From Acidobacteriota bacterium (lineage in GTDB: Bacteria; Acidobacteriota; UBA890; WLXD01): a stretch of DNA of 64,000 nucleotides. The stretch is from contig CBDFKD010000002.1 in the NCBI GenBank assembly GCA_965248695.1, positions 608,001-672,000 of the forward strand, read 5' to 3'. Under the pieces are notes generated by a model. That model had not been told where the DNA came from and made no database searches. It worked only from the letters and a program-made list of their open reading frames with translations. This document shows, one piece after another, positions 48,031 to 58,010 of this stretch. Positions within the stretch are counted from its first letter, which is position 1; each line of letters begins with the position of its first letter. Made by a program: the position numbers and the translations under genes.

Positions 48031-48243
48031 TCAGGTGTGCGTCTGGTCGCCATCTGCGACGGTATCGGCTGCCTTTCCGGCTCGTTCTTCGGCCGCCAGC
48101 TTTCGTGCCTCCACCAGGAGCTCATGCACCTGACTCGACTGCTCGCGAAGCGAGCGCCGCTGCAAGATGGCCAGGAGCACGGTGAGTCCCATGAACACGA
48201 TCGCCACGAGCAGGAAGACGAGCGCCAAGGGGTTCCGTTCCAT
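48031..48243 (-). CDS. Small single-pass membrane protein
   Basis: One TM helix; lies just downstream of rocD on the same strand. Confidence 0.6.
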   Translation of the reverse strand: MERNPLALVFLLVAIVFMGLTVLLAILQRRSLREQSSQVHELLVEARKLAAEERAGKAADTVADGDQTHT

Positions 48244-48254
48244 CGGTCTCTGAC

Positions 48255-49502
48255 TCAGGACACCAGATCGACGCCGTCGCCCTGCAGGACGGCGCGAATA
48301 TCGGGGAGCACCTCCTGCAGGATCTCGCGCGTCACGACCAACGGTGGTGCGAAGCGGATCACCTGCTCGTGTGTCTCTTTGGCGAGGATGCCACGTCGGG
48401 CGAGTTCTTTGCAGAACGGCCGCGCCGGACCCGAGGCGTCGCGCACGACAACACCAACCATGAGACCACGGCCACGGACCTGCTCGACGTGCGGCGTATC
48501 AACCGCACGCAGCTCGTCCATGAACCACTGCCCCAGGTCGTTGGCGTTCTCCACCAGTCTCTCTTCCACCAGCACCGCCAGTGCCTCGCGAGCGACCGCC
48601 GCGGCGAGCGGGTTGCCGCCGAAAGTGGACCCATGATCACCGGGCTGGAATACACCCATCACCGCACTATCAGCCAGCACCGCGGACACCGGGTACACAC
48701 CACCGCCCAGAGCCTTGCCGAGGATCAGGACGTCGGGCCTGACGTCCTCCCATTGGGTCGCCAGCAGCCTGCCGGTGCGGCCGAGCCCGGTCTGCACCTC
48801 GTCGGCGATCATCAGAGCTCCGTGTTCCCCACAAAGCTCCGACATCGAGGTCAGGAAGCCGTCGGGCGGCACCACAACACCGGCCTCGCCTTGAATCGGC
48901 TCTGCCAGCACGCCGACCGTGTTGGGCCCGAACGCCGACGACAACGCGTCGATATCTCCGAACGGCACGATCTTGAAGCCGGGGGCGAACGGGCCGAACC
49001 CGTCGCGGGCCTGCGGATCCGTCGAGAAGCCGACGATCGCCGTCGTGCGGCCATGGAAGTTGCCGGACATGACGATAATCTCGGCCGCGTCCGGGGCTAC
49101 ACCGCGAACCTCGTAGCCCCACTTACGCGCCGTCTTGATCGCCGTCTCGACCGCCTCGGCGCCGGTGTTCATGGGTAGCGCTCGCTCGTAGCCCATGAGC
49201 TCGCAAAGCTGGCGCAGGAACGGGCCCATCTGGTCGTTGTGGAAGGCGCGCGAGGTCAACGTCAGGACCGCAGCCTGGCGTCTTAGCGCGTCGACGATGC
49301 GAGGGTGACAGTGACCCTGATTCACCGCCGAATACGCCGCCAGGCAGTCAAGGTAGCGATTGCCGTCAATATCCCAGACCCAGCAACCCTCACCGCGCGT
49401 CAGCACTACGTCGAGGGGGTGGTAGTTGTGCGCCCCCCAATTGTCGGCGAGATCGATATAACGTTGTGAGTCTGCGACGGCGGCTACGGATTCTACGGAC
49501 AT
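48255..49502 (-). CDS. rocD: Ornithine aminotransferase
   Basis: AHNYHPL, YSAVNQGH, LTSRAF, EPIQGEAG, DEVQTG, GKALGGG, HGSTFGGNP. Confidence 0.95.
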   Translation of the reverse strand: MSVESVAAVADSQRYIDLADNWGAHNYHPLDVVLTRGEGCWVWDIDGNRYLDCLAAYSAVNQGHCHPRIVDALRRQAAVLTLTSRAFHNDQMGPFLRQLCELMGYERALPMNTGAEAVETAIKTARKWGYEVRGVAPDAAEIIVMSGNFHGRTTAIVGFSTDPQARDGFGPFAPGFKIVPFGDIDALSSAFGPNTVGVLAEPIQGEAGVVVPPDGFLTSMSELCGEHGALMIADEVQTGLGRTGRLLATQWEDVRPDVLILGKALGGGVYPVSAVLADSAVMGVFQPGDHGSTFGGNPLAAAVAREALAVLVEERLVENANDLGQWFMDELRAVDTPHVEQVRGRGLMVGVVVRDASGPARPFCKELARRGILAKETHEQVIRFAPPLVVTREILQEVLPDIRAVLQGDGVDLVS

Positions 49503-49763
49503 GTCTTTCTCGATCTCCAAGATAGAGCGCGAGCAGGCGGGTCGTCCCGAAGTGGCACACCGTCGGTCAGCTCGCTCGACACGGAAGTGGCAGGTCGGAC
49601 CTGCTGTAAAAGCGCCGGCGAGATATTATAGTTCTCTTCCACAATAAAGCTCTTCACGCCTATTCGGCCGAGCGGTGGTCAGGGAATCCGCGCACGATGC
49701 GCTCCGCCCTCGCCAGCGAAGGCGATCGCCAGATTGCCGCTCGCCCCCCAAGGAGACTCACCG

Positions 49764-50252
49764 ATGGCACGTCGCACGCGACTTGCAATGATGCTGGCTC
49801 TGGTGCTGGCGCTACCGTTTGCCGCCGCGTGCGGCGCCGCAGAGGAACCCGTCGCCGAGACGCCAGAGGCGCCTGCCGAGGAGGCAGCGCCGGCCCCGGT
49901 CGAAGAACCGATGGAAGAGCCTGAGCCCCAAGAACCCGCCGAGCCGGAACTCGTCGGCAACATCGTTCTTTCGGGCGACAACTTCGAATGGGGCGATTTC
50001 GGCGCCGGGCAGCCGGCTCCGTATACCTGGACCGTCCGGATCAACAACGATACGACGGCAACGCTGTCGATCCGTGTCAGCTTCCAGTTCCTGGACGACG
50101 ACGACCAGGTCATCAAGACTGAGCGGACGACGATCCGTCTGGACGCGGCCACCAGCCGCACCATCCGCGAAGCCGGCACGATGCCGTACGACGACGCGCT
50201 GAAGGTGATCGGTTTCCTGGCCGACTACACGTACGACATCGTCACGCCCTAG
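49764..50252 (+). CDS. Lipoprotein with a Pro/Glu linker and Ig-like domain
   Basis: AAGGAG RBS; FAAAC lipobox. Confidence 0.75.
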   Translation: MARRTRLAMMLALVLALPFAAACGAAEEPVAETPEAPAEEAAPAPVEEPMEEPEPQEPAEPELVGNIVLSGDNFEWGDFGAGQPAPYTWTVRINNDTTATLSIRVSFQFLDDDDQVIKTERTTIRLDAATSRTIREAGTMPYDDALKVIGFLADYTYDIVTP

Positions 50253-51363
50253 TGGCCGTGTCACAGACAACGTCGTCGAAGGCCCTCAGCAACCGATCGG
50301 TTTCCTGAGGTTCGATCGATCGTCCCATGTGGCCGATGCGGAAGATCTTGCCGGCGAGCTCATCGATCCCGCCTGAGATGTAAATTCCGTAGCGATGCCG
50401 CAGCGTCTCGATCATCTCGGCCACCGGTATGTCCTCACGCGCCAGCACGGCTGTGGTGATCGGTGAGGCGTAGCTATCGGCGCACAGCATCGAGAACCCC
50501 AGGTCGCGTAGCCCTTGGCGCACACGCTCGGCCGCCTCGCGCGTCCGCCTGATGCGTACCGACAAGCCTTCTTCGAGGATCAACCCGAGGCTGACATTGA
50601 GCGCCGACATGAGGCCCGTCGGCATGGTGGTGGGAAACGGATGCCAGTGGCCCCATTTGTCCTCAAGTCGACGATAGGTCCGCAGGTCGAACAGCCAGGC
50701 TCGCGGCGGCCCGCTGGCCTCGATCGCCTCCCAGGCCTGTGGGCTTATCGATATCGGCGCCAAGCCCGGCTGCGCTGCCAGACCCTTGTTGGAGACGCTG
50801 GCACATAGGTCGACACCCCAGTCATCGATCGGCAGCTCCGTTCCACCGAGCGATGAGATGGCATCGATGATCGAGATCACTCCTGCTTCGCGACCCGCGG
50901 TCGCAATCGGCTCGACCGGGTTGAGCACGCCGGTCGAGGTCTCGTGATGCACCCAGACGACGGCTCTTGGTCGCGGCTCCTCGGCGAAACACCGCACTAC
51001 TGCGGTTGCGTCGATGGGCTCACCGAGAGGGAACTCCATCACCCTGACGTCGGCACCATGTGCGCGGCATATCTGCGCCAACCGATCACCGAATATCCCG
51101 TTCGTGGGCACGAGCACCGGCGATCCCGGCACCAGCACCGACGTGATCGCCGCCTCGAGCGCGGCGGTGCCGGGTCCGGCCACGAGATAGAGGTCGTTCG
51201 ACGTGCGGAAGACCCGCTTCATCTGCCGCCGACAGCGATTGAACTCGGCGACAAACTCGGCCCCGTAGTGGGGGCGGATCGGGGCGGCGGCCGCGGCAAG
51301 CACATCCGGGTGAGCCGCTGCTGGGCCCGGAATGAAAAGATGAACGTCGTCGCCGTCTGACAC
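50242..51363 (-). CDS. Alanine-glyoxylate / serine-pyruvate aminotransferase (class V)
   Basis: LFIPGP, HHETSTG, DAISSLGG, SNKGL, FRIGHMG. GAGGAGG RBS before GTG 51363. Confidence 0.92.
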   Translation of the reverse strand: MSDGDDVHLFIPGPAAAHPDVLAAAAAPIRPHYGAEFVAEFNRCRRQMKRVFRTSNDLYLVAGPGTAALEAAITSVLVPGSPVLVPTNGIFGDRLAQICRAHGADVRVMEFPLGEPIDATAVVRCFAEEPRPRAVVWVHHETSTGVLNPVEPIATAGREAGVISIIDAISSLGGTELPIDDWGVDLCASVSNKGLAAQPGLAPISISPQAWEAIEASGPPRAWLFDLRTYRRLEDKWGHWHPFPTTMPTGLMSALNVSLGLILEEGLSVRIRRTREAAERVRQGLRDLGFSMLCADSYASPITTAVLAREDIPVAEMIETLRHRYGIYISGGIDELAGKIFRIGHMGRSIEPQETDRLLRAFDDVVCDTATRA

Positions 51364-51496
51364 AGGCCCCTCCTCGGCTAAGCATAGCAAGCCGTTGTCG
51401 GGCCTGTTTCGGACCGCGGTGAACTGTCCGATCATGGGACGCCCCCTTCCCACAAGCGAACAAGAGCAGCGCCTTGCGCGCCGCGCCGCCAGCTGG

Positions 51497-51509
51497 CAAA
51501 TTATTGATA
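51497..51509 (-). promoter_or_regulatory. IHF binding site
   Basis: TATCAATAATTTG matches WATCAANNNNTTR exactly, about 40 bp upstream of the sigma54 promoter. Confidence 0.75.
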
Positions 51510-51549
51510 ATATGTAGGTTACATGCTCTCGGTGAGGCTCTGGACCGCT

Positions 51550-51564
51550 TGGCACGTGGCTTGC
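51550..51564 (+). promoter_or_regulatory. Sigma54 (-24/-12) promoter
   Basis: TGGCAC-GTGGC-TTGC consensus upstream of an operon that encodes an NtrC-like activator. Confidence 0.88.
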
Positions 51565-51606
51565 GATACTGATCCCTAGGTTCCCTGGAAGGCATCCGAA
51601 GAGTCA

Positions 51607-52857
51607 ATGGTCGATATCAAGAGAGACCCCCCGAAGAAGACGAAGCAGTACGTGACGTGGGCCCTCGGCGCGATCGTGCTCGGCGCGGTTACCTGGTATG
51701 TGTCGACGCTCGAAGCGGCTCCACCGACCGTCGAGTCAGCGACGATCTGGACCGGCACGGTGGACCGTGGGGAGCTCCTGCGCCAGGTACGTGGACCGGG
51801 GACGCTGGTGCCCGAAGACGTGCTGTTCGTGAGCGCCAGGACTGCCGGGCGCGTCGAGCAGATCCTGATCGATCCCGGGGCCGTGGTAACTCCGGACACA
51901 GTGATCATGCTGCTGTCGAACCCCGACCTTCAATTGACGGTGCAGAACGCTGAATGGGAGTGGCGGCGCGCCGAGGCGACCTTCACGACCACCCGCGTGC
52001 AGCTCGAGCAACAACGACTGCAGCAGGAATCTCTGGTCGCCCAGGTACAAGCCACCTATCACCAGGCAAGCCTGAGCGCCGACCGTGACCGGCAGCTCTT
52101 CGACGAGCAGCTTGCCTCCGAGATCCAGATGATGCTGTCGGATACCCAGGCGACGGAGCTCGAGAATCGACTCCGGATCGAAAGGTTGAGGCTCGACAAC
52201 CTTCAGGAGTCGAATGACGCGCAGCTGGCCTCGCAGCGCGCCCAGGTCGACCAGCGGCGAGCCGAGTACGACCTCCGGATTCGCGATCTCGATTCGCTCA
52301 AGGTCCGGCCTACGATCAGCGGCGTGTTGCAGGAAGTGCCGGTTGAAGAGGGTCAGCAGGCAACCCCGGGCGTCGTGCTCGCCCGTGTCGCCGATCCGAA
52401 GCGTCTAAAGGCGGAGTTGCGGATCGCGCAGACACAAGCCGGTGAAGTAGTCATCGGCCAGCGTGCCATCATCGATACCCGTAACGGCGTCGTTCCTGGA
52501 CGCGTGACCCGGATCGACCCGTCGGTCGTTCAGGGAACGGTCACCGTTGACGTCGAACTACTAACCGATGAGCTGCCGCCGGGCGCCCGCCCCGACCTGA
52601 GCGTCGATGGCCGTATCGAGATTCAGAAGCTAAACGATGTGCTCTACGTCGATCGTCCGGCATTCGGTCAGGCCAATCAAGCGGTCGGACTGTTCAAGAT
52701 CATCAGCGACGGCGGCGAGGCAATTCGTACGACGGTGCGCTTCGGCCCCAGCTCGGTCGACAAGATCGTCGTCGTCGAGGGCCTCAACGTCGGCGAGGAA
52801 ATCATCCTGTCGAACATGTCGCGCTATGACGCGTCGGACAAGGTCCGCATTCGCTAG
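51607..52857 (+). CDS. HlyD/MacA-like membrane fusion protein
   Basis: N-terminal TM; VRGPGTLVP; long coiled coil; GARPDLSVDG. Confidence 0.9.
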   Translation: MVDIKRDPPKKTKQYVTWALGAIVLGAVTWYVSTLEAAPPTVESATIWTGTVDRGELLRQVRGPGTLVPEDVLFVSARTAGRVEQILIDPGAVVTPDTVIMLLSNPDLQLTVQNAEWEWRRAEATFTTTRVQLEQQRLQQESLVAQVQATYHQASLSADRDRQLFDEQLASEIQMMLSDTQATELENRLRIERLRLDNLQESNDAQLASQRAQVDQRRAEYDLRIRDLDSLKVRPTISGVLQEVPVEEGQQATPGVVLARVADPKRLKAELRIAQTQAGEVVIGQRAIIDTRNGVVPGRVTRIDPSVVQGTVTVDVELLTDELPPGARPDLSVDGRIEIQKLNDVLYVDRPAFGQANQAVGLFKIISDGGEAIRTTVRFGPSSVDKIVVVEGLNVGEEIILSNMSRYDASDKVRIR

Positions 52858-52892
52858 CCATTTACCAATGAGAACCGCCCAAGGAGCATGAA

Positions 52893-53585
52893 ATGAGCGA
52901 CCCGCTGATCAAGATGGACGAGATCCAGAAGGTCTTCGTCACCGAGGAAGTCGAGACGCACGCACTGTCGGAGGTCTCGTTCGGTATCGATCCTGGCGAG
53001 TTCGTATCGATCTCCGGACCGTCCGGGTCGGGCAAGACGACGCTGCTGTCGATCCTGGGGCTGTTGGACACTCCAACCGGGGGCAACTACCTGCTCAACG
53101 CCAACGATGTGTCCAACCTCACCGCTTCCGAGCGCGCCCGGGTTCGAAACCGCGAGATCGGCTTCATCTTCCAGAGCTTCAACCTCATCGGCGACCTGAA
53201 CGTGTACGAGAACGTCGAGCTGCCGCTGACGTATCGCGGCATGTCCTCGTCGGATCGTCGCGAGCGCGTCAACGCCTCCCTGGACCGGGTCGGCATGACA
53301 CATCGTGCCAAGCACATGCCCAGCCAGCTTTCCGGTGGTCAGCAGCAGCGTGTCGCGGTGGCTCGAGCCGTCGTCGGTGACCCCTCCATCCTGCTGGCCG
53401 ATGAGCCCACGGGTAACCTCGACTCGGGCAACGCCTCCGCCGTCATGGACCTCATGTCGGAGCTGCACCAGGGTGGCGCCACCATCTGCATGGTCACTCA
53501 CGACCCGCGCTGGGCCGAGCACGCACAGCGCACCATCCACCTGTTCGACGGCATGGTCGTCGACGAGCAGGTCGCCGTCGTCTGA
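52893..53585 (+). CDS. MacB/LolD-type ABC ATPase
   Basis: GPSGSGKT, GFIFQSFNL, LSGGQQQR, LADEPTGNLD, VTHD. Confidence 0.95.
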   Translation: MSDPLIKMDEIQKVFVTEEVETHALSEVSFGIDPGEFVSISGPSGSGKTTLLSILGLLDTPTGGNYLLNANDVSNLTASERARVRNREIGFIFQSFNLIGDLNVYENVELPLTYRGMSSSDRRERVNASLDRVGMTHRAKHMPSQLSGGQQQRVAVARAVVGDPSILLADEPTGNLDSGNASAVMDLMSELHQGGATICMVTHDPRWAEHAQRTIHLFDGMVVDEQVAVV

Positions 53586-53722
53586 GCTCCACCCAGGCTC
53601 TGTATCTCTTCTGGACTGGCGTCGATACCATGGCTAGCAGTGTGCCCAAATCCTCCCGCGACGCGAATGTGCCGGTGCCGCCGGCGGCCCTTGCGGCGCG
53701 AACTCGCCCGCTCGACAGCCCC

Positions 53723-55093
53723 ATGAGCCACGACCAGGCGCGATCCCCGAGAATCCTCGTAGCCGATGACCAGAAGGATGTGCTCGAGGCGCTCCGACTG
53801 CTGCTCAAGGGCGAGGGCTTTGACGTCGAGACCGTTACTTCTCCGGCCGGATTGATGGCAGCGGCCGAAAACCAGCAGTTCGACGCCGTCGTCATGGACC
53901 TCAACTACACGCGTGACACGACCTCCGGACGCGAGGGGCTCGACCTGCTGCCGCGATTGAGACAACTGGATTCCGGGCTACCTGTCATCGTCATGACCGC
54001 TTGGGGCACGGTCGAGGGGGCAGTGGAGGCGATGGCGCAGGGAGCGCGCGACTACGTCGAGAAACCGTGGGACAACGCCCGGCTAATCGCCACGCTGCGG
54101 ACGCAGGTGGAGCTCGGTCAGGCGATCCGGCGTAGCCAGCGACTGGAACACGAGAACCGGCTGCTTCGGCGCGACGGGCTACCAGAGCTGATCGCCGAAT
54201 CGCGCGGCATGCTGCCGATCCTGGAGCTCATGGCGCGGGTTGCTCCGTCCGACGCCAACGTGCTGGTCACCGGCGAACACGGCACCGGCAAAGAGGTCGT
54301 TGCACGCTGGATCCACGCAGCTTCCAACCGTGCCGCCAGCCCGCTGGTAACGGTCGACGTGGGTGCCATCTCGGACGGTGTCTTCGAGAGTGAGCTGTTT
54401 GGACACGTGAAGGGCTCGTTTACCGATGCGCGCGCCGACCGCGTGGGGTATTTCGAGCTTTCCGATCGGGGGACCTTGTTTCTCGACGAGATCGCCAACA
54501 TCCCGACCAAGCAACAGGCCAAGTTCCTCCGCGTATTGGAGACCGGTGAGCTACAACGCGTCGGGTCCTCCCGCACGCGCCGCGTGGACGCGCGCGTGCT
54601 TTCAGCTACGAACGTCGATTTGATGAATGAGATCGATGCGGGTTCCTTCCGCGAGGACCTCCTGTATCGGCTCAACACCGTCGAGATCTGCTTACCGCCG
54701 CTGCGCGAACGACGCGAGGACATACCGCTGCTGGCGGCTCATTTTCTCGAGCGGCACGCACGCAAGTACCGCCGCGAGATCACTGGGTTCGACCGTGACG
54801 GTATGCAGGCATTGCTGACACACCTCTGGCCGGGGAACGTACGCGAGCTTCAACACGTCATTGAGCGGGCCGTGTTGATGGCTTCGGGTGACAGCATCCG
54901 ACGCGAGGACCTCGGACTGCAAGCGAGACGCGACTCCGCCTCACGGCTCGAGGACCTCTCGTTGGAGGAAGCCGAGCGCACCTTGATTCAGGCCGCCTTA
55001 TCGCGCAACGATGGCAACGTCAGCCGCGCTGCCGAGAGTCTCGGGCTCAGCCGCAGCGCCCTCTACCGCCGACTCAACCGTTACGGCCTATGA
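53723..55093 (+). CDS. Sigma54-dependent response regulator (NtrC family)
   Basis: REC domain, GEHGTGKE, ESELFGHVKGSFTDA, WPGNVREL, Fis-type HTH. Start could be 53630. Confidence 0.95.
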   Translation: MSHDQARSPRILVADDQKDVLEALRLLLKGEGFDVETVTSPAGLMAAAENQQFDAVVMDLNYTRDTTSGREGLDLLPRLRQLDSGLPVIVMTAWGTVEGAVEAMAQGARDYVEKPWDNARLIATLRTQVELGQAIRRSQRLEHENRLLRRDGLPELIAESRGMLPILELMARVAPSDANVLVTGEHGTGKEVVARWIHAASNRAASPLVTVDVGAISDGVFESELFGHVKGSFTDARADRVGYFELSDRGTLFLDEIANIPTKQQAKFLRVLETGELQRVGSSRTRRVDARVLSATNVDLMNEIDAGSFREDLLYRLNTVEICLPPLRERREDIPLLAAHFLERHARKYRREITGFDRDGMQALLTHLWPGNVRELQHVIERAVLMASGDSIRREDLGLQARRDSASRLEDLSLEEAERTLIQAALSRNDGNVSRAAESLGLSRSALYRRLNRYGL

Positions 55094-56454
55094 CTCGGGA
55101 GCGGCCTCGGTCGCTCAGCTTCGACCACCGCGTCCTGATCCTGGCAGTGGGCGCCGGCTTGCCGGCCTCCGTCGTCGCGCTCTGGTTGCTGTGGAGTGGC
55201 GAGCACCCCGCCAGATTGCAATGGACGCTGTCGATGGTCGTCGTCGGCACATGGTTGGGCTTCGCGCTCGCACTGCGTGAGCAGGTCGTCCGACCTCTAC
55301 AGACCCTTTCCAACCTCCTGTCCGCGCTGCGCGAGGGCGATTTCTCAATCCGCGCACGCGAAGCTCACATGGGCGAGGCTCTGGGCCTGGCGATGGTCGA
55401 GCTCAATCAACTCGGCGACATCCTGCGCGAGCAGCGCCGCGGCGCCGTCGAAGCGACCGCGCTCCTCGGGAAAGTAATGGAGGAGATCGACGTTGCCGTG
55501 TTCGCTCTCGACGAGCCCGGGCACGTGCGATTGGTCAATCGCGGCGGTGAGCGTCTCCTCGGTTTGGCGGCCAAGCAAGTCATCGGCAACAAGGCCAGCG
55601 ACCTCGGGCTGGAGAACTGCATTGGCGGAGCGGCTTCTCGCATCGTGGAGCTCAACCTACCGGGCGGCAGCGGGCACTGGGAGCTCCGCCGCGGCACGTT
55701 TCGTCAGGGCGGGCGCCCACATCAGCTGATGGTCTTGTCCGATCTGACGCGGACGCTACGGCAGCAAGAACGACAGGCCTGGCAGCGACTCGTGCAGGTC
55801 CTCCGCCACGAGATCAACAACTCGCTGGCGCCGATCAAGTCGATCGCCGAGAGCCTACGGCTGCAAATGCGTCGCCAGCCGCTGCCGGTCGACTGGCTCG
55901 ATGATCTCGGTACCGGCCTGCAAGTCATCGCCGACCGCTCCGGTGGGCTTGCACGATTCATGTCGTCCTACGCCCGGCTTACACAGCTGCCCCCGCCCCG
56001 ACCGCTACCGGTCGAAGTCAGTGCCTGGGTCGACCGGGTGGTGGCGCTCGAGAGCCGACTGCCGGTGACCGTCGAGGGTGGACCGGATTTGCATCTCCGC
56101 GCTGACGGCGATCAGCTCGACCAGCTGCTGATCAACTTGCTGGCCAACGCTGTCGAGGCGGCAATCGATACCGGTGGCGGGGTGCGAGTGCGGTGGTCGC
56201 AGGTCAACGGGCGGGGCGAGCAACTCGAGCTGCTCATAGAGGACGATGGGCAGGGACTGCCGGAAACACAGAACCTGTTCGTGCCTTTCTTCACCACCAA
56301 GCCCCAGGGCTCGGGTATCGGTTTGGTGCTCAGCCGGCAGATCGCCGAGAACCATGGCGGCACCCTGACGCTCGAGAATCGGGTGTCGACGCCGGGCTGC
56401 TGGGCGCGCCTGCGCTTGCCACTCGAGCCTCCGGGCTCATCCGCCAGCGACTAA
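55090..56454 (+). CDS. Sensor histidine kinase (NtrY-like; HAMP-PAS-HisKA-HATPase)
   Basis: Two TMs, HEINNSL, NLLANA, DDGQG, PFFTTK, GSGIGL. Confidence 0.93.
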   Translation: MTRERPRSLSFDHRVLILAVGAGLPASVVALWLLWSGEHPARLQWTLSMVVVGTWLGFALALREQVVRPLQTLSNLLSALREGDFSIRAREAHMGEALGLAMVELNQLGDILREQRRGAVEATALLGKVMEEIDVAVFALDEPGHVRLVNRGGERLLGLAAKQVIGNKASDLGLENCIGGAASRIVELNLPGGSGHWELRRGTFRQGGRPHQLMVLSDLTRTLRQQERQAWQRLVQVLRHEINNSLAPIKSIAESLRLQMRRQPLPVDWLDDLGTGLQVIADRSGGLARFMSSYARLTQLPPPRPLPVEVSAWVDRVVALESRLPVTVEGGPDLHLRADGDQLDQLLINLLANAVEAAIDTGGGVRVRWSQVNGRGEQLELLIEDDGQGLPETQNLFVPFFTTKPQGSGIGLVLSRQIAENHGGTLTLENRVSTPGCWARLRLPLEPPGSSASD

Positions 56455-56954
56455 CCCGTGTAGCCGCCAACTAGTGGCCTCGGCATGTCGGCAGACTGAT
56501 TGCGGCGGCCCTTCGGAAGCGCCGAGCGTATGAGCCCGGGGCGCCACTCGGCGCACCCGATAGGGACGCCGAGGTACCGGGCAGCTATGTATCCACGGTT
56601 CGGAAGCTGACGCCGTGGATCGTCCGTCGCCAACTCGACCTCCTGGCCAGCAAGAAAACGTGCCACCTCACCAGCATCGAGCTCGACCACGTTGCGCGTT
56701 GCGCCCAGCCCGAAGTGCACGAGCCCGATGCTGGTCGGCTTCCAGGCCCGCCCGCCCACTCGCAACAGCGGAAAACCGACGCCATCTACTGGATCGGCGG
56801 CGCCCGGGTCGACATCGAGCGACGCTACCCATACGGAAGCTCTGCCTCGCTGCCACATCGAGCAGCGGTCGAAGATCTCGGCCGAAGTGCCGAAGCGATC
56901 TGTCCACCAGTTGATGTAGGGTTCCCGCTCCAGGCGCTGGAAGCGACTCAGCAT
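56451..56954 (-). CDS. Stand-alone RsmF C-terminal/NIP7-like PUA-domain protein
   Basis: WWTDRFG, WKPTS, ATRNVVELD...RFLAG, LPKGRR; start overlaps the methyltransferase stop. Confidence 0.72.
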   Translation of the reverse strand: MLSRFQRLEREPYINWWTDRFGTSAEIFDRCSMWQRGRASVWVASLDVDPGAADPVDGVGFPLLRVGGRAWKPTSIGLVHFGLGATRNVVELDAGEVARFLAGQEVELATDDPRRQLPNRGYIAARYLGVPIGCAEWRPGLIRSALPKGRRNQSADMPRPLVGGYTG

Positions 56955-57907
56955 CCCGGCACCTTCCGCACCCTGGCTATCGTGAAGCCGCCCGTGTCGT
57001 TCAGGTGCGGCCAGTAGCGTGCCAAGTTGCGGCAATCCTCCCGCAACGGGCGCCCCTCCCATTCGACCACACCGGGATCAGCAACGAGACCGGGAATGAG
57101 GACCGGCTCGATCACGGCATCGGCACCCAACGTGTAGTCGAGCACCACCTCGTTCTCCTCCGGCGCAAAGGTGCACGTGGAGTAGATGAGGATGCCTCCC
57201 TCGCGCAGCAGCTTCCAGGCGCGACCGAGCAGGGTTGCCTGAAGTCCGGACCTCCCGTGGATGGGTCCACTGGACGCCCGGCCGGCCGCTTTCGGCGTCT
57301 CACGTACGTTGCCCTCGCAAGAGCAGGGAACGTCCAGCAGTATGCGATCGAACGGCCCGGCCTGGATCGGGAACCGGGTACCGTCGATCGGCGTTACGAC
57401 GACGTTGGTCATGCCGAGACGCTCGCAGTTAGAGCGCAACGCCCGCAGTCGGTGAGGCTGCACGTCGTTTGCGACCAGTGTGCCCCGGTTGTCCATGGAT
57501 AGCGCGATGCGAGCGGTCTTGCCGCCCGGGGCGGCACACATGTCGAGGATCCGCTCACCCGGCATCGCGCCGAGCGCTACCGGCGGCGCCAGAGAGATTT
57601 CCTCCTGCACATGGATCAGGCCGAGCTGATTCTCCAGCGTGTGTCCGGGACGCTCGAGCCCCTCGACTCGCCAGGCGTCGGCGATCCATTCCAACGGCGT
57701 AGCAACATAGCCGCGCTCGCCCAACAGCTCCGCAATCCCGGCACTCTTCTCAAGGCCGAGGGCGGCCACCAGCCGTTGACGATGTTCGAGCCGCACGGGG
57801 TTTCCCCAGACTACGAGGGGCAGCGGGCGCCGGCAGGCATCGACCAGTCCAGGCCAGTCATCCACCATCGAGCGATAGCGCGATAGGGCGTCTTCGATCC
57901 TGATCAT
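56948..57907 (-). CDS. NOP2/Sun/RsmF-family RNA m5C methyltransferase
   Basis: DMCAAPGGKT, DVPCSCEG, YSTCTFAPEENE, PHLNDTGGF. Confidence 0.93.
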   Translation of the reverse strand: MIRIEDALSRYRSMVDDWPGLVDACRRPLPLVVWGNPVRLEHRQRLVAALGLEKSAGIAELLGERGYVATPLEWIADAWRVEGLERPGHTLENQLGLIHVQEEISLAPPVALGAMPGERILDMCAAPGGKTARIALSMDNRGTLVANDVQPHRLRALRSNCERLGMTNVVVTPIDGTRFPIQAGPFDRILLDVPCSCEGNVRETPKAAGRASSGPIHGRSGLQATLLGRAWKLLREGGILIYSTCTFAPEENEVVLDYTLGADAVIEPVLIPGLVADPGVVEWEGRPLREDCRNLARYWPHLNDTGGFTIARVRKVPGC

Positions 57908-58010
57908 GCGAACGGCAGCTTACAGTCCCGGCCGGCCCCCGGGGTAGGAAGTGCCGCCGCGTTCGGTTAGCCTGATGGAATCTGGAGTCGGCCCTCAACG
58001 TGAGGTTGCG

